DNA of 64,000 nucleotides from Stegostoma tigrinum (taxonomy: Eukaryota): positions 26,705,942-26,769,941 of the forward strand of contig NC_081383.1 in NCBI RefSeq assembly GCF_030684315.1. Reading direction: 5' to 3'. Positions within the stretch are counted from its first letter, which is position 1. Each line of letters opens with the position of its first letter. The notes under the pieces are model-generated. The model did not search any database and was not told where the DNA came from. It was given only the letters and a program-made list of their open reading frames with translations. A program made the translations under genes and the position numbers. Positions 1 to 11,497 of this stretch are shown piece after piece.

Positions 1-58
1 ATCTAGCTCTACACCGTGATATCTCAGATTCTCCAGCATCGGCAGTTCCTACTATCTC
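1..58 (+). mobile_element. 3' tail of a PLE-derived short element (family B), cut by the window edge
   Basis: ATCTCAGATTCTCCAGCATCGGCAGTTCCTACTATCTC matches the tails at 50300-50340 and 61454-61491. Confidence 0.8.
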
Positions 59-76
59 CAAGACAATATTACTTAC

Positions 77-187
77 TTGTCTTCATTTCTGAATACTGCC
101 CACACACAACTAATTGAGACACAAAGCATGCCCAGAAACAACATCCGTACTTGGGGACGCTTGTGACTACATGGTAGGTCTGGAATC
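77..187 (-). CDS. SPPL2B: SPPL2B exon 8 (IPDLPCSHKRPQVRMLFLGMLCVSISCVWAVFRNED); gene continues beyond the window
   Basis: Polypyrimidine-TCAG acceptor, GTAAGT donor, 111 nt; VWAVFRNED motif. Confidence 0.95.
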
Positions 188-317
188 CTGATTAGAAGAG
201 GAGAAAGATACAGCGTAATATCAGTGGAAAGGCAAGGAGAGAATTCCAGATTCAATGTTGCTTTAAACTTGGTTTTTACATCAATTTACAAAAGACATAT
301 TCTAAGTTACACCATAC

Positions 318-414
318 CTGCATTCACAGAAAGAGATTCTCCCGACAAATGGAGACAGGCAGCTGTAAAGCCCAATGGAAGATGCAAGGCAGAAAATTCC
401 TATGATTACATACA
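318..414 (-). CDS. SPPL2B: SPPL2B exon 7 (VYVIIGIFCLASSIGLYSCLSPFVGRISFCECR)
   Basis: CCAG acceptor, GTATGG donor, 97 nt phase 1/2; GIFCLAS..GLYSCL motif. Confidence 0.95.
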
Positions 415-501
415 CTGGTTTTGAAACAAGAAACAATGAGTGAGGACTTAGCTAATTTGACTTTTGAATATGCACAAGTGGAATAGTAGTTTACAAATCT
501 C

Positions 502-2637
502 TTAGAACACAGAACATAGAACGCTACAGCGCAGTACAGGCCCTTCGGCCCTCGATGTTGCACGACCTGTGAAACCAATCTGAAGCCCATTTAACCTACA
601 CTATTCCATTATCATCCATATGTTTATCCAACAACCATTTAAATGCTCTGAAAGTTGACAAGACTACTACTGCTGCAGGCAGGGCATTCCACGCCCTTAC
701 CACTCTCTGTGTAAAGAACATACGTCTGACATGTGTCCTATATCTATCACCCTTCAATTTAAACCTATGTCCCCTTGAGCTAGACATCACCCTATGAGGA
801 AAAAGGCTTTCACTGTCCACCCTATCTAATCCTTTGATTATCTTTTTACGTCTCTATTAAGTCACCTCTTAACCTTCTTCTCTCTAACGAAAACAGCCTC
901 AAGTCCCTCAGCCTTTCCTCATAAGTCCTTCCGTCCATACCAGGCAACATTCTGGTAAATCTCCTCTGCACCCTTTCCAATGCTTCCACATCCTTCCTAT
1001 AATGTGGTGACCAGAACTGTACGCAATACTCCAAGTGCAGCCGCAACAGTTTTGTACAGCTGCAACATGACCTCATCGCTCCAAACCTCAATCCCTCTAC
1101 CGACAAAGCCTAACACATCGTACGCCTTCTTAACAACCCTATCAACCTGGGTGGCAACTTTCAGGGATCTATGCACATGGACACTGAGATCTCTCTGCTC
1201 ATCCACACTACCAAGGATCCTACCATTAGCCCAACACTCTGTATTCCTGTTTTTCCCTCCAAAGTGAATCGCCTCACACTTTTCCGCATTAACCTCCATT
1301 TGCCACCTCTCAAACCAGCTTTGCAGCTTATCTCTGTCCCTCTGTAACTTGCAAAATCCTTCCGCACTCTCAACAACTCCACTGACTTTAGTGTCATCTG
1401 CAAATTTACTAACCCATCCTTCTAAGCCCTCGTCCAGGTCATTCATAAAAATGACAAAACAGCAGTGACCCCAAAACAGATCCTTGCGGTACACCACTAG
1501 TAACTGAACTCTGGAATGAACATTTCCCATCAACCACCACCTTCTGTCTTCTTACAGCTCGCCAATTTCTGATCCAAACTGCTAAATCACCCTCAATCCC
1601 ATTCCTCCGTATTTTCTGCAATAGCCTACCGTGGGGAACCTTATCAAACACTTTACTGAAATCCATATACACCACCTCTTTACCCTCATCTACCTGTTTG
1701 GTCACCTTCTCAAAGAACTCAATAAGGTTTGTGAGGCACGACTTACCCTTCACAAAACTGTGTTGACTATCCCTCATCAAATTATTCCTTTCTAGATGAT
1801 TATAAATCCTATCTCTTACAATCCTTTCCAACACTTTATCCACAACTGAAGTACGGCTCACTGGTCTATAATTACCAGGGTTGTCTCTACTCCCCTTCCT
1901 GAACAAGAGGACAACATTTGCCATCCTCCAGTTTTGTGGCACTGTTCCTGTAGAAAATAATGACATAAAGATCAAAGTCAAAGGCTCTGCAATCTCCTCC
2001 CTAACTTCCCAGAGAATCCTAGGATAAATCCCATCTGGCCCAGGGGACTTATCTATTTTTACACTATTCAGAATTGCTAATACCTCCTCTTTATGAGCTT
2101 CAATCCCGTCTAGTCTAGTAGCCGGAATCCCAGTATTCTCCACGACAACATTGTCTTTTTCTTATGTGAATACTGATGAAAAATATTCATTTAGCGCCTC
2201 TATCTCTTCAGACTCCACGCACAACTTCCCACTACTGTCCTTGACTGGCCCTTATCTTACTCTAGTCATTCTTTTATTCCTGACATACCTATAGAAATCT
2301 TTAGGGTTTTCCTTGATCCTACCTACCAAAGACATCTCATGTCCCCTCCTGGCTCTTCTTAGCTATCTCTTTAGGTGCTTCCTGGCTAACTTGTAACTCT
2401 CAAACACCCCGAGCCTTCACGCCTCATCTTTACATAAGCCTCCTTCTTCCTCTTGACAAGAGATTCAACTACTTTAGTAAACCACGGTTCCCTCGCTCGA
2501 CCACTTCCTCCCTGCCTGACAGATGCATACTTATCAAGGACATGCCGTAGCTGTTCCTTGAACAAACTCCACATTTCAATTGTGCCCAAACCCTGCAGTT
2601 TCCTTCCCCATCCTACGCATCCTAAATCTTGCCTAAA
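502..2637 (-). mobile_element. 5'-truncated CR1 LINE (ORF2 RT, frameshifted) in SPPL2B intron 6
   Basis: KSPGPDGIYPRIL, NYRPVS, GVPQGSVLG, FADDTK motifs; TTCTATG-type tandem 3' tail at ~502-520. Confidence 0.95.
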
Positions 2638-3231
2638 CATCACAATTCAAACAGTGCACCTAATTTTAACTCAAAAATTCCATACTGTTTTGAAAATTTT
2701 TTCCTCTTGAAGATACAGACCTCTAGTTCCAGACAACTAATACTGAACAGCATCTCAGCTGTTCGGCATAGGAGTCTAGACAGCCAGCGTCAGCATATTA
2801 AGTGTTGACAATGTCACAGTGGAGTCTATTCTTACAAGTGCCGGATGCCGTACTTCTTAGTAAGAGTCTATAGTTTAGGAGTCCTGATTCATGGCTACTT
2901 CCTTTTACCCCTCTCTATCCAGAGGTCCTAATTTAGGTGAGAACAGCAGGGGCAGGTAAGATTTTGAAGAATAATTGTATTAACAAATGGACTGAACCTG
3001 GGAACTTCTTGCAAAGTTTGGCTCAATTGCACTCACTAGGCCAAGCAGCATCTCTTTACAAGTCAAATGTATAAGTTCTACTTCAATAAAATATGATACT
3101 ATGTCAAATATTTCAAACGTCCACCCACAGTAAGAAACGTTTTACGTGTAACATGTAAAAAACTGTGGCACAAGACTTGCTGCCATCTAGCTCACGCCCA
3201 GATACTTGGACATTCGATAGCAGTGACGTAC

Positions 3232-3371
3232 CTAGTTGATGGTAGAAGTAGTAAAGGAGCACCAACATTGAGCAGCACATAACCACAAAAATACAGATCA
3301 TAATTGGTGTAACATCGACAGTTTCATCATCCTGTTTGTCTGCCCCATCATGCTTGTTTTTCATGTAGCGC
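3232..3371 (-). CDS. SPPL2B: SPPL2B exon 6 (RYMKNKHDGADKQDDETVDVTPIMICIFVVMCCSMLVLLYYFYHQL)
   Basis: TTAAG acceptor, GTACGT donor, 140 nt, phases match neighbours; FVVMCCSMLVLLYYFY motif. Confidence 0.95.
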
Positions 3372-4167
3372 CTTAAATAGGAGCAAAAATATTAAAATAC
3401 TACACTTCACATGAGAATAAAAATGCTCACATAACTGCCTGATGTTTATTTAATAAAAATGTTTAAATTGTGATAACACTAGCACGTCCTCTCCATCTGT
3501 TACCACCCTGGAGATAATGGAGGTGAGCTGCCTCAGTGAAGCGCTGCAGTCGTCCATTTGGTGTAAGTAGCCTCACAATGCAGTGAGGGAGGGTCTCCCA
3601 GGAATTTGATCCAGCAATTATGAAGGAAAGTCAACATGGAGTGCAACTTGAAAGTGAACTTGCAGATATTCCCATGTGCCTTACATTGTAGTGCAACACC
3701 GGGAGAATCAGACACAAGTGCAAATAGTGACCACTACTCTCTTAATTTAGCTGTGAAAAATTCTCGGTTCCTGTTGGACAGATAATCAGAAAGGAATTCT
3801 GGCCTGCACCCAAAGTTTCTCAAAGAAATTTGAGATATGAATTCAGAGGAGCAGAGTTTGATAGTGAGAATATGGTTTCTGATTCAGTCAACACAGCTTA
3901 GGCAATGGTGCCAACATCCATCCTCAAGATCACACCCTGATCATAAGTGTATTAAAGAATTAGATAGCTGAGAATGAATAGAATTGCAGCCCACATCAAT
4001 AAATGAATAAAAGAAATTTATACACATAATATTCCAAAAAGTGGATTTGTACTGTAAATACTCCTCTGGCTGGTTTGGCCAAGGTGACTGAAGGAGTACT
4101 GACAGCTATCAATCATATAAAACGTTGTGCACATTTTGCTTAGTTCCATGCAGCACGGGCTACCTAC

Positions 4168-4307
4168 TTTTTCACATCTTTGCTTCCTGCCCAGTAGCCA
4201 CCAATTGCCACTGTTCCAACTGCCATGACGAAGATAACCACCATGTTATAGTCCAGGAATGGTTCGTTTGGGGCATACATTGCAACTTTGATTGATTTTC
4301 CAAATGT
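4168..4307 (-). CDS. SPPL2B: SPPL2B exon 5 (TFGKSIKVAMYAPNEPFLDYNMVVIFVMAVGTVAIGGYWAGSKDVK)
   Basis: ACAG acceptor, GTAGGT donor, 140 nt; AVGTVAIGGYWAG first TM motif. Confidence 0.96.
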
Positions 4308-5059
4308 CTGTGTTAAAATAAAGCATTTTTTAAAAACATAAATGTTATTCATTTGGATTTGCCAATTGGAATGTTACACATCAGACACCAACAACTGTGA
4401 CAGGGCTTAGTCACAAAATATGTTAACAGAAGTAGTAAAATTTGAGACATTTTGAACATTAAGCTTCCAATATTGTCCTAAATGCATGGTGTTTAACACC
4501 TGTGAATGATCAGTATTGAGGTGTAACAGTATTGTGTCACTAGGGCCACCTTTTTGGATCAAAGAATACCAGCCTTCCCATGATGAGCTTAATCTTCTGT
4601 TTTCATTCATTTGCATAAAGGTAAGGCCTTGATATCAGTAGATCCTACTTCTGAAATTTAGGATTCATCTGCTAACGCAATATAGCAAAGATAAAATTAC
4701 CACTTAACTAATTGGCTGATAACATTCCAACTGGTCAAAACCAGCAAGGAAAAAGTACAAACTTGAGATAGAACTGAACCATAGGACTGTAACGGTGGGC
4801 AGGCAAAGGCTGCTGCACACCACCTGGACAGCCTTGCCCCACAGTGTACTTAACAGCATGGGAAGAAGCTACATCGCCCAATAAGTTCATGCCAGCTCTC
4901 TGTGGAGCACTCCAAGCTATCGGGACGTGCTATAAAACATTTTAATTACATTTTCAGAGCCTAAATTCAATTGTTTTCTTAGTTTCATGTCGAGTAGATC
5001 TTTTAGGTAGTCAATGCTTCACATAGATTAACCAAACTCCATTTGCTCCATTTGTTCAG

Positions 5060-8000
5060 TGGCGGGTGTGGGGAGAGAGCGTGAGGAGACTGCTGGCAAG
5101 GTGATCTTTTTATTTTAAAAGACTGAGCTTGTGGAATCAGCAGCCTCCATTTTTGCAGCAGCAGCGGGAGTGATGACAGCGAAGACCAGGGGGCTGCCGG
5201 GAAGGTAAGTTCTTCATTTCGACAGTGGAGCTGAGTAGGAGCGACGAATTGTGCTCTGGGAAGGTGAGTGAACTGATATATTTGGGCAGTGGCTAAACCC
5301 GAGACACTACACGTGTAGTGTCTTCCACCCAGCCTCCTCCTCTGACCAAAAAAAAGACCCTGTGGTATGTTGATAAGGTAAGGCTTTTCTTTTTCTCTTG
5401 CTGGTAAGTAGAGTGATTGGTAAAAGTTTTTTCATTTCATTTATCTATCATTTGATATTACAATAGGACTAAGCTAAGCTTAACAGTAAAAATGGCAGGA
5501 GATCCCAGGCCCGTGTTATGCTCCTCTTCCTCAATGTGGAAGCTCAGGGACGCAGCTGATGTCCCTGACTCCTACACGTGCAGGAAGTGTGTCCAGCTGC
5601 AGCTCTAGTTAGACTGCATGATGGCTCTGGAGCTGTGGATGGACTCACTTTGGAGCAGCCACAATGCTGAGGAAGTCGTGGATAGCACGTTTAGTGAATT
5701 GGTCACACCACAGATTAGGATTGCTGAGGGGAAAAGGGAATGGGTGACCAAAAGGCAGAGAAAAAGCAGGAAGGCAGTGCAGGTGTCCCCTGCCGTCATC
5801 TCCCACCAAAACAGGTATACCGTTTTGGATACTGTTGGGGGAGATGGCTCACCAGGGGAAGATAGCAGTAGTGAGGTTCATGGCAACGTGGCTGGCTCTG
5901 CTGTACAGACAGGCAGGAAAAACAGTGGAAGGGCTATAGTCATAGGGGATTGTAAGGGGAGTAGATAGGCAGTTCTGTGGTTGAAAGCGAGACTCCCGAA
6001 TGGTTTGTAGCCTCCCCGGTGCACGGGTCAGGGATGTCTCAGATAAACTGCAGGACATTCTGAAGGGTGAGGGTGAACAGCCAGCTGACATGATGCACAT
6101 GGGCACCAATGACATAGGTAATAAACGGGGTGTGGTTCTACAAGCAGAATTTAGGGAGTTAGGAGCCAAGTTAAAAAGTCGGACCTCAGAGGCAGTAATC
6201 TCAGGATTGCTACCAGTGCCATGTGCTAGTCAGAGTAGAAATGAAAGAGTAGGCAGGATAAATGAGTGGCTTGAGAGATGGTGCAGGAGGAAGGGGTTCA
6301 GAATTTTGGGACATCGGGACCGGTTCTGGGGAAGGTGGGACTATTACAGATCAGACGGTCTACACCTGGGCAGGACTGGAACCAATGTCCTAGAGGGTAC
6401 TTCTGCTAACGCGGTGAGTGAGGGTATAAACTAATGTGGCGGGGGATGGGAACCAAATGAGGACATTAGTGAACAGTAAGGAGTTAGTAACTAAAGCATG
6501 TAAGGAACTAGATAATGAAGTCAGTGTGATGAAGGGGAAGAGTAGGCAGACAGCAGTGATGAACACAAAGAGTTAGGTGGTCTGAGGTGTATTTGTTTTA
6601 ATGCGAGAAGTGTAGTAGATAAGACAGATGAACTTAGGGTTTGGATTAGTACCCAGGAGTATGATGTTATTGCTGTTACTGAAATCTGATTGAGGGAAGG
6701 GCAAGATTGGCAACTAAATATCCCGGGATAAAGATGCTTCATACAGGATAGAGAGGGAGGTAAAAGGGGTGGAGGAGTTGCATTACTGGTCAAAGACGAT
6801 ATCACAGCTGTGCTGAAAGAGGGCACTATGGAGGAATCGTGCAGTGAGGCAATATGGGCAGGGCTCAGAAATAGGAAGGGTACGATAACAATGTTGGGGC
6901 TATACTACAGGCCTCCCAACAGCAAGCGTGAGATAAAGTTACAAATATGTAGACAGATTATGGAAAGATGTAGGAGCAACAGGATGGTGCTGATGGGGGA
7001 TTTTAATTTTCCCAACACTGACCGGGATTCACCTCGTGTTAGGGGTTTAGATAGAGCAGAATTTGTAAGGAGCATCCAGGAGGGTTTTATAGAGTAGTGT
7101 GTAAATAGTCTAACTTGGGGAGGGGCCATACTGGACGTGGTGTGGGAGAATAAGCCCAGGCAGGTAGCTGATGTTTCAGTAGGAAATTACTTTGGGAATA
7201 GTGATCACAATTCCATAAGTTTTAGAATACTCATGGACAAAGATAAGAGTGGTCCTAAAGGAAGAGTGCTGAATTGGGAGAAGACCAACAATAGCAAAAT
7301 TCAGCAGGAGCTGGAGAATGTGGATTGGGAGCAGCTGTTTGAGGGTAAATCCACATTTGATATGTGGGAGGCTTTTAAAGAGAGGTCGATTAGACTGCAG
7401 GACAAACATGTCCCTGTGAAAATGAGGGATAGGGAGGGCAAGATTAAGGAACGATGGATGACAGGTGAAATTGTGAGACTACAAAGAGGAAGAAGGAAGC
7501 GTACATATGGTCTAGGTGACTGAAAACAGATGAAGCTTTGGAAGAATATCGGAAAAGTAGGACCAATCTGAAATGAGGAATTAAGAGGGCTAAAAGGGAC
7601 AATGAAATATCTTTAGCAAACTGGGTTAAGGAAAATTCCAAAGCCTTTTATTCGTACATAAGGAGCAAAAGGGTAACTAGAGAAAGGGTTGGCCCACTCA
7701 AGGGCAAAGGAGAGAAGTTATGTGAGGAGTCAGAGAAAATGAGTGAGATTCTTACTGAGTAGTTTGCGTCGGTATTCACCGAGGAGAGAGACATGAAAGA
7801 CGTTGAGGTTAGGGACAGATGTCTGATTACTCTAAGTCAAGTTGGCACAGCGGGGGAAGAGTGTTGGGTATTCTAAAAGGCATTAGGGTGGACAAGTCCC
7901 CAGGTTCAGATGGGATCTATCCCAGATATATGAATGGGCAGGGAGCAGAGGGATACAGATCCTTGGAAAATAGGCGACAGGTTTAGATAGAGGATCTGGA

Positions 8001-8070
8001 TCGGCGCAGGCTTGGAGGGCCAAAGGGCCTGTTCCTGTGCTATAATTTTCTTTGTTTTTTGTTCTTTGTT
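5060..8070 (+). mobile_element. CR1 LINE with 5'UTR, ORF1 (Zn-finger plus SGNH esterase-like), APE endonuclease; RT internally deleted; 3' tail present
   Basis: ORF1 LPGARVRDV..HMGTND..DGLHL; EN YYRPPN, MGDFNFP, GNSDHN; after KSPGSDGIYP (~7925) it jumps to the 3'UTR and TTCTTTG tail. Confidence 0.92.
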
Positions 8071-10156
8071 CAAACTCTGTTTTAAAGCCCAAAGAATACA
8101 ATGATGTACAGAACCTTTAGGAGAAGAAACAAATTAAATAAATTAGACCAGACTAATCCAGCTGATATCCAGAATTCAATATGATAACGTAATATATCAG
8201 CTGCTAATGTTCCCAACAGGCTTTGACAGGCCTGTTCAATACCAGAATGCCTAGCTGGCAGATTTTATCTACAACAGGAAAGACATGGTGCCGCATCTGA
8301 GCTGGAATTCTTCTACAGAGCTTGGGAAACCTGTAGTACATGATACAGAGTTACTCACAGCTCTCAGTCTATCCTCCATGTCTCCACAAGGACACAAGCT
8401 GGTTCTACTCAAACTAATGCATAATGTAAAATAAAATGATGAGAATGCAGTATGCTATGCTTGTACACTGCATGTGAAATGACACATTCCCACGACTGAC
8501 TGTATTACCAAGACAAGCTTCTGGTACTGGATAGATACTGCTTTCTGCTGGAAAGGAACATTAACTTTAGGGCAAATGACTCTCACACTTCTCTACATTC
8601 AGACTGAGAGTTATGCTTTAATGTTCATTTCACCGTCAAGGCCGTCCCCTTCCACTTTATAATTATCATTTAAGTTTTAAAATCCCTCCATGGTTCCAGC
8701 TCCCTTCATCTCTAATTTTCTTCAGCTCTTAATCCTTAGAAATCCTTGTGCTCATCAATTTTAGCCTGTTCAGTATCTTCTTTTTGATCACTGTACTACT
8801 GCCTTAAAATGTGATGAATTCCTTCCATTAATCAGTCCATGTCTCATTGTTTTGTTGCCCCATTTATGATATTCGTTAACACTTCTTGACCAAGCTTTAA
8901 ATCATATATTCTCTTATCTCCTAGCATAGTTCATGTTAAATTTTGTTTGATCATAAAGAAAGCTGTACTTATATAGCACTTCTCATGATCACTAGACATC
9001 TGAACGGGTTTGAAACATTTTTGAGGTAGAGTTATTGTAGCCATGTAGGAATCACAGTAGCCAAATACATGCACGGCAAAGTCTGTGAAAAGCAATATGA
9101 TAATGATGTATTTGTAATGTTGATTGAGGGATAATCAGTGGCCAAGGTAGCAGGGATAGCTTCAGTGCTTTTCTTCAAAATGGTAATATATTCCTGAAGT
9201 TTCATTCCCGAGTTGTTAGCGCAGAGTCTGGAAAATTTCAAAGGCCACAAACCCTTCTGCAGTTCCTATTATCTCTAGTCAGCAGCAGGAATTGGGGCCC
9301 ATTGTCTTGGTAAACAGCTCAGAGGCATCCACCAGTGCAGAAGAGGGTGTTTAAAAGGGCAGCCTTGGCGCTCTGGATCTTTGCCCCAGCTATTAATCAA
9401 AGTAATAAAATAAAAAAAGTCCCCAGTCCTCTTCTTACATGCCACATTCATATCAATCTACATCAACTCATGTTCATGCCCACTCCTACATGCCATCTCA
9501 TACCCTCCGACCTAAACTCCTCTCTTGATCCCATATCCCTTTATAGCTCCTATGACAACTCATATTACCCTACGCCATCCTTTGCTGATACACTTTCCAT
9601 TCCACCTCAACCAATATGCACTATGGGTAGACCACAGTATATATGTTGAATCTAAATAAAGATCTATGTATCTACTGATAACTTCACTAAGTTTAAGGAA
9701 AAAAAATGATTTTTAACAAATTACTACCTTTAAATTCATTTAATCCCTTATCAAAATAGTCCTGCAAAAAAGCAGTACAGTCATTTGGAACTGCCAATTA
9801 AACTGTGAACTGATTGGTATCCTGCCATGATGACAATTTGTTGTCCCCCCAGGCTTATGTGGAGAGTGAAATAGCAAGCACTCATTTTTGTTCTAAAATT
9901 TCAGGCTATTTTTCAGAAAATGGGTTGGCCAGAAGATTTAAACAGCATAAAATATTTATAATTCTAATGAGTTTCACAGTCCTAATGAGTTTATATACGT
10001 TTTCCACACATTCATATTGATTTTTAACAGTCCCGAAGGATACTAGGACCTCACCGAAAGATGTTCAAGGACATTTCCAAATAACTGGCAGTTTTAGACT
10101 TTCTCCTGAAAAATGTAAAGACCGCAAGTCATGTCTCAGGCATCTCACAATTGAAA

Positions 10157-10375
10157 TAAAATCAGAAATTTGCTGGTAAATCTTAGCAGGTCTGGCAGCA
10201 TCTGTGGAGGGAAATCAGAATTAACGTTTCAGGTCCAGTGAGCATTCTTCTGGATCCGAAATGTTAACTCTGATTTCTCTCCACAGATGCTGCCAGACCT
10301 ATTAAGATTTTCCAGCAATTTCTGTTTTTGGTTCAGATTACCAGCATCTGCAGTTCTTTCAGCTTTTTGTCTAGT
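10157..10375. mobile_element. Fold-back PLE-derived mini element (family C) with 15-bp TSD
   Basis: Inverted arms (GCTGG..AGGTCTGGCAGCATCTGTGGAG / CTCCACAGATGCTGCCAGACCT..CCAGC); TSD ATCTCACAATTGAAA at 10142-10156 and 10376-10390. Confidence 0.85.
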
Positions 10376-11407
10376 ATCTCACAATTGAAAGTGCATTTGT
10401 TTGATGATTGCTACACTTCAAAATGTGCAACTGTCCTCTTGAACCATGGATACGCCAAGTAAAATCCACCTTCACTTTCCCATGACAACAATAATGGGTG
10501 CTAGGTTTCCAGAATTGTAGCTCTGGTACCACTTTGGACAAGTCAGAGTCCTTCTCAGTCAGTATGAAAGTTCATGTCATAGAATCTTTTCCATCAATGT
10601 CCAGGCAGATAGGGCCATGGCTTAATGTTCCAACTGAAAGACACTACCTCCAACAGTACATTTCTCCCTTCATTCTGCACTGGAGTATCTGCCACAATTC
10701 TGTGATCAAGCTCTGCAACAGAATTTCAATGAAACCTGCTTACACAGAAGCAAGAGTGTAAGCCGTAGCTGATAACACTCTTTTAAAAGTGCTGTGGGAC
10801 TCTTTACAACATTAAAGGCACAATGTAAATGCAAGTTGTTGTTGTCACAAATCTTTTGTTTCCTCCAACTTCAGAACAGGCCAGCAATAGCTGCAACTAA
10901 TATGGATAGGTGGAAGTGGACTACAACCTCACCATTTCTTCCTGACCCAAAGGCATTCAACCAAATTTCCCGCTTCCTGTCAATATCCAGCGGTCCTTGC
11001 GAGAAAGTGAGTGACTGAGAGTGGATGTTGTGAGAGGCAAGTTTCAGTCTTGACGGCATGGTTCTACGGAGTTTGAACACACTGGGTCAAAACAGCACAT
11101 GATAGCCAACGGCGTGAAGGTATAGGCATATTAGTGCTATTGGTAGAGAAGACGCAGCAAAGAAAACACTGTCAAAAACTGCTTTAAAAACAGATTAAAT
11201 CAAACAACTTATTCAGTATCAACCAATTAATTTGTCTTTTTGGGGATTGGGGATTTTTGATCCCAGATTTCAACTGTTTCTTTCTTTATCTTCATGCATT
11301 TCTGCTGCTCTCTTAAATGAGAGCTGTTGTGTCTGACCCACCTGGATCTGTAATAAATATTTCTAAAAACACCCCACCCACTAACAAGGACACATGAGAA
11401 CCTTTAC

Positions 11408-11497
11408 CTTTGATATATCAAGCATGTCATCGTAACTGAGGAGAGCAACCGGGATATCAATTTCCTCATACTGACTCCCATTTCCACCTGGAGGCAC
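11408..11497 (-). CDS. SPPL2B: SPPL2B exon 4 (VPPGGNGSQYEEIDIPVALLSYDDMLDISK)
   Basis: CTGCAG acceptor, GTAAAG donor, 90 nt phase 0. Confidence 0.95.
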
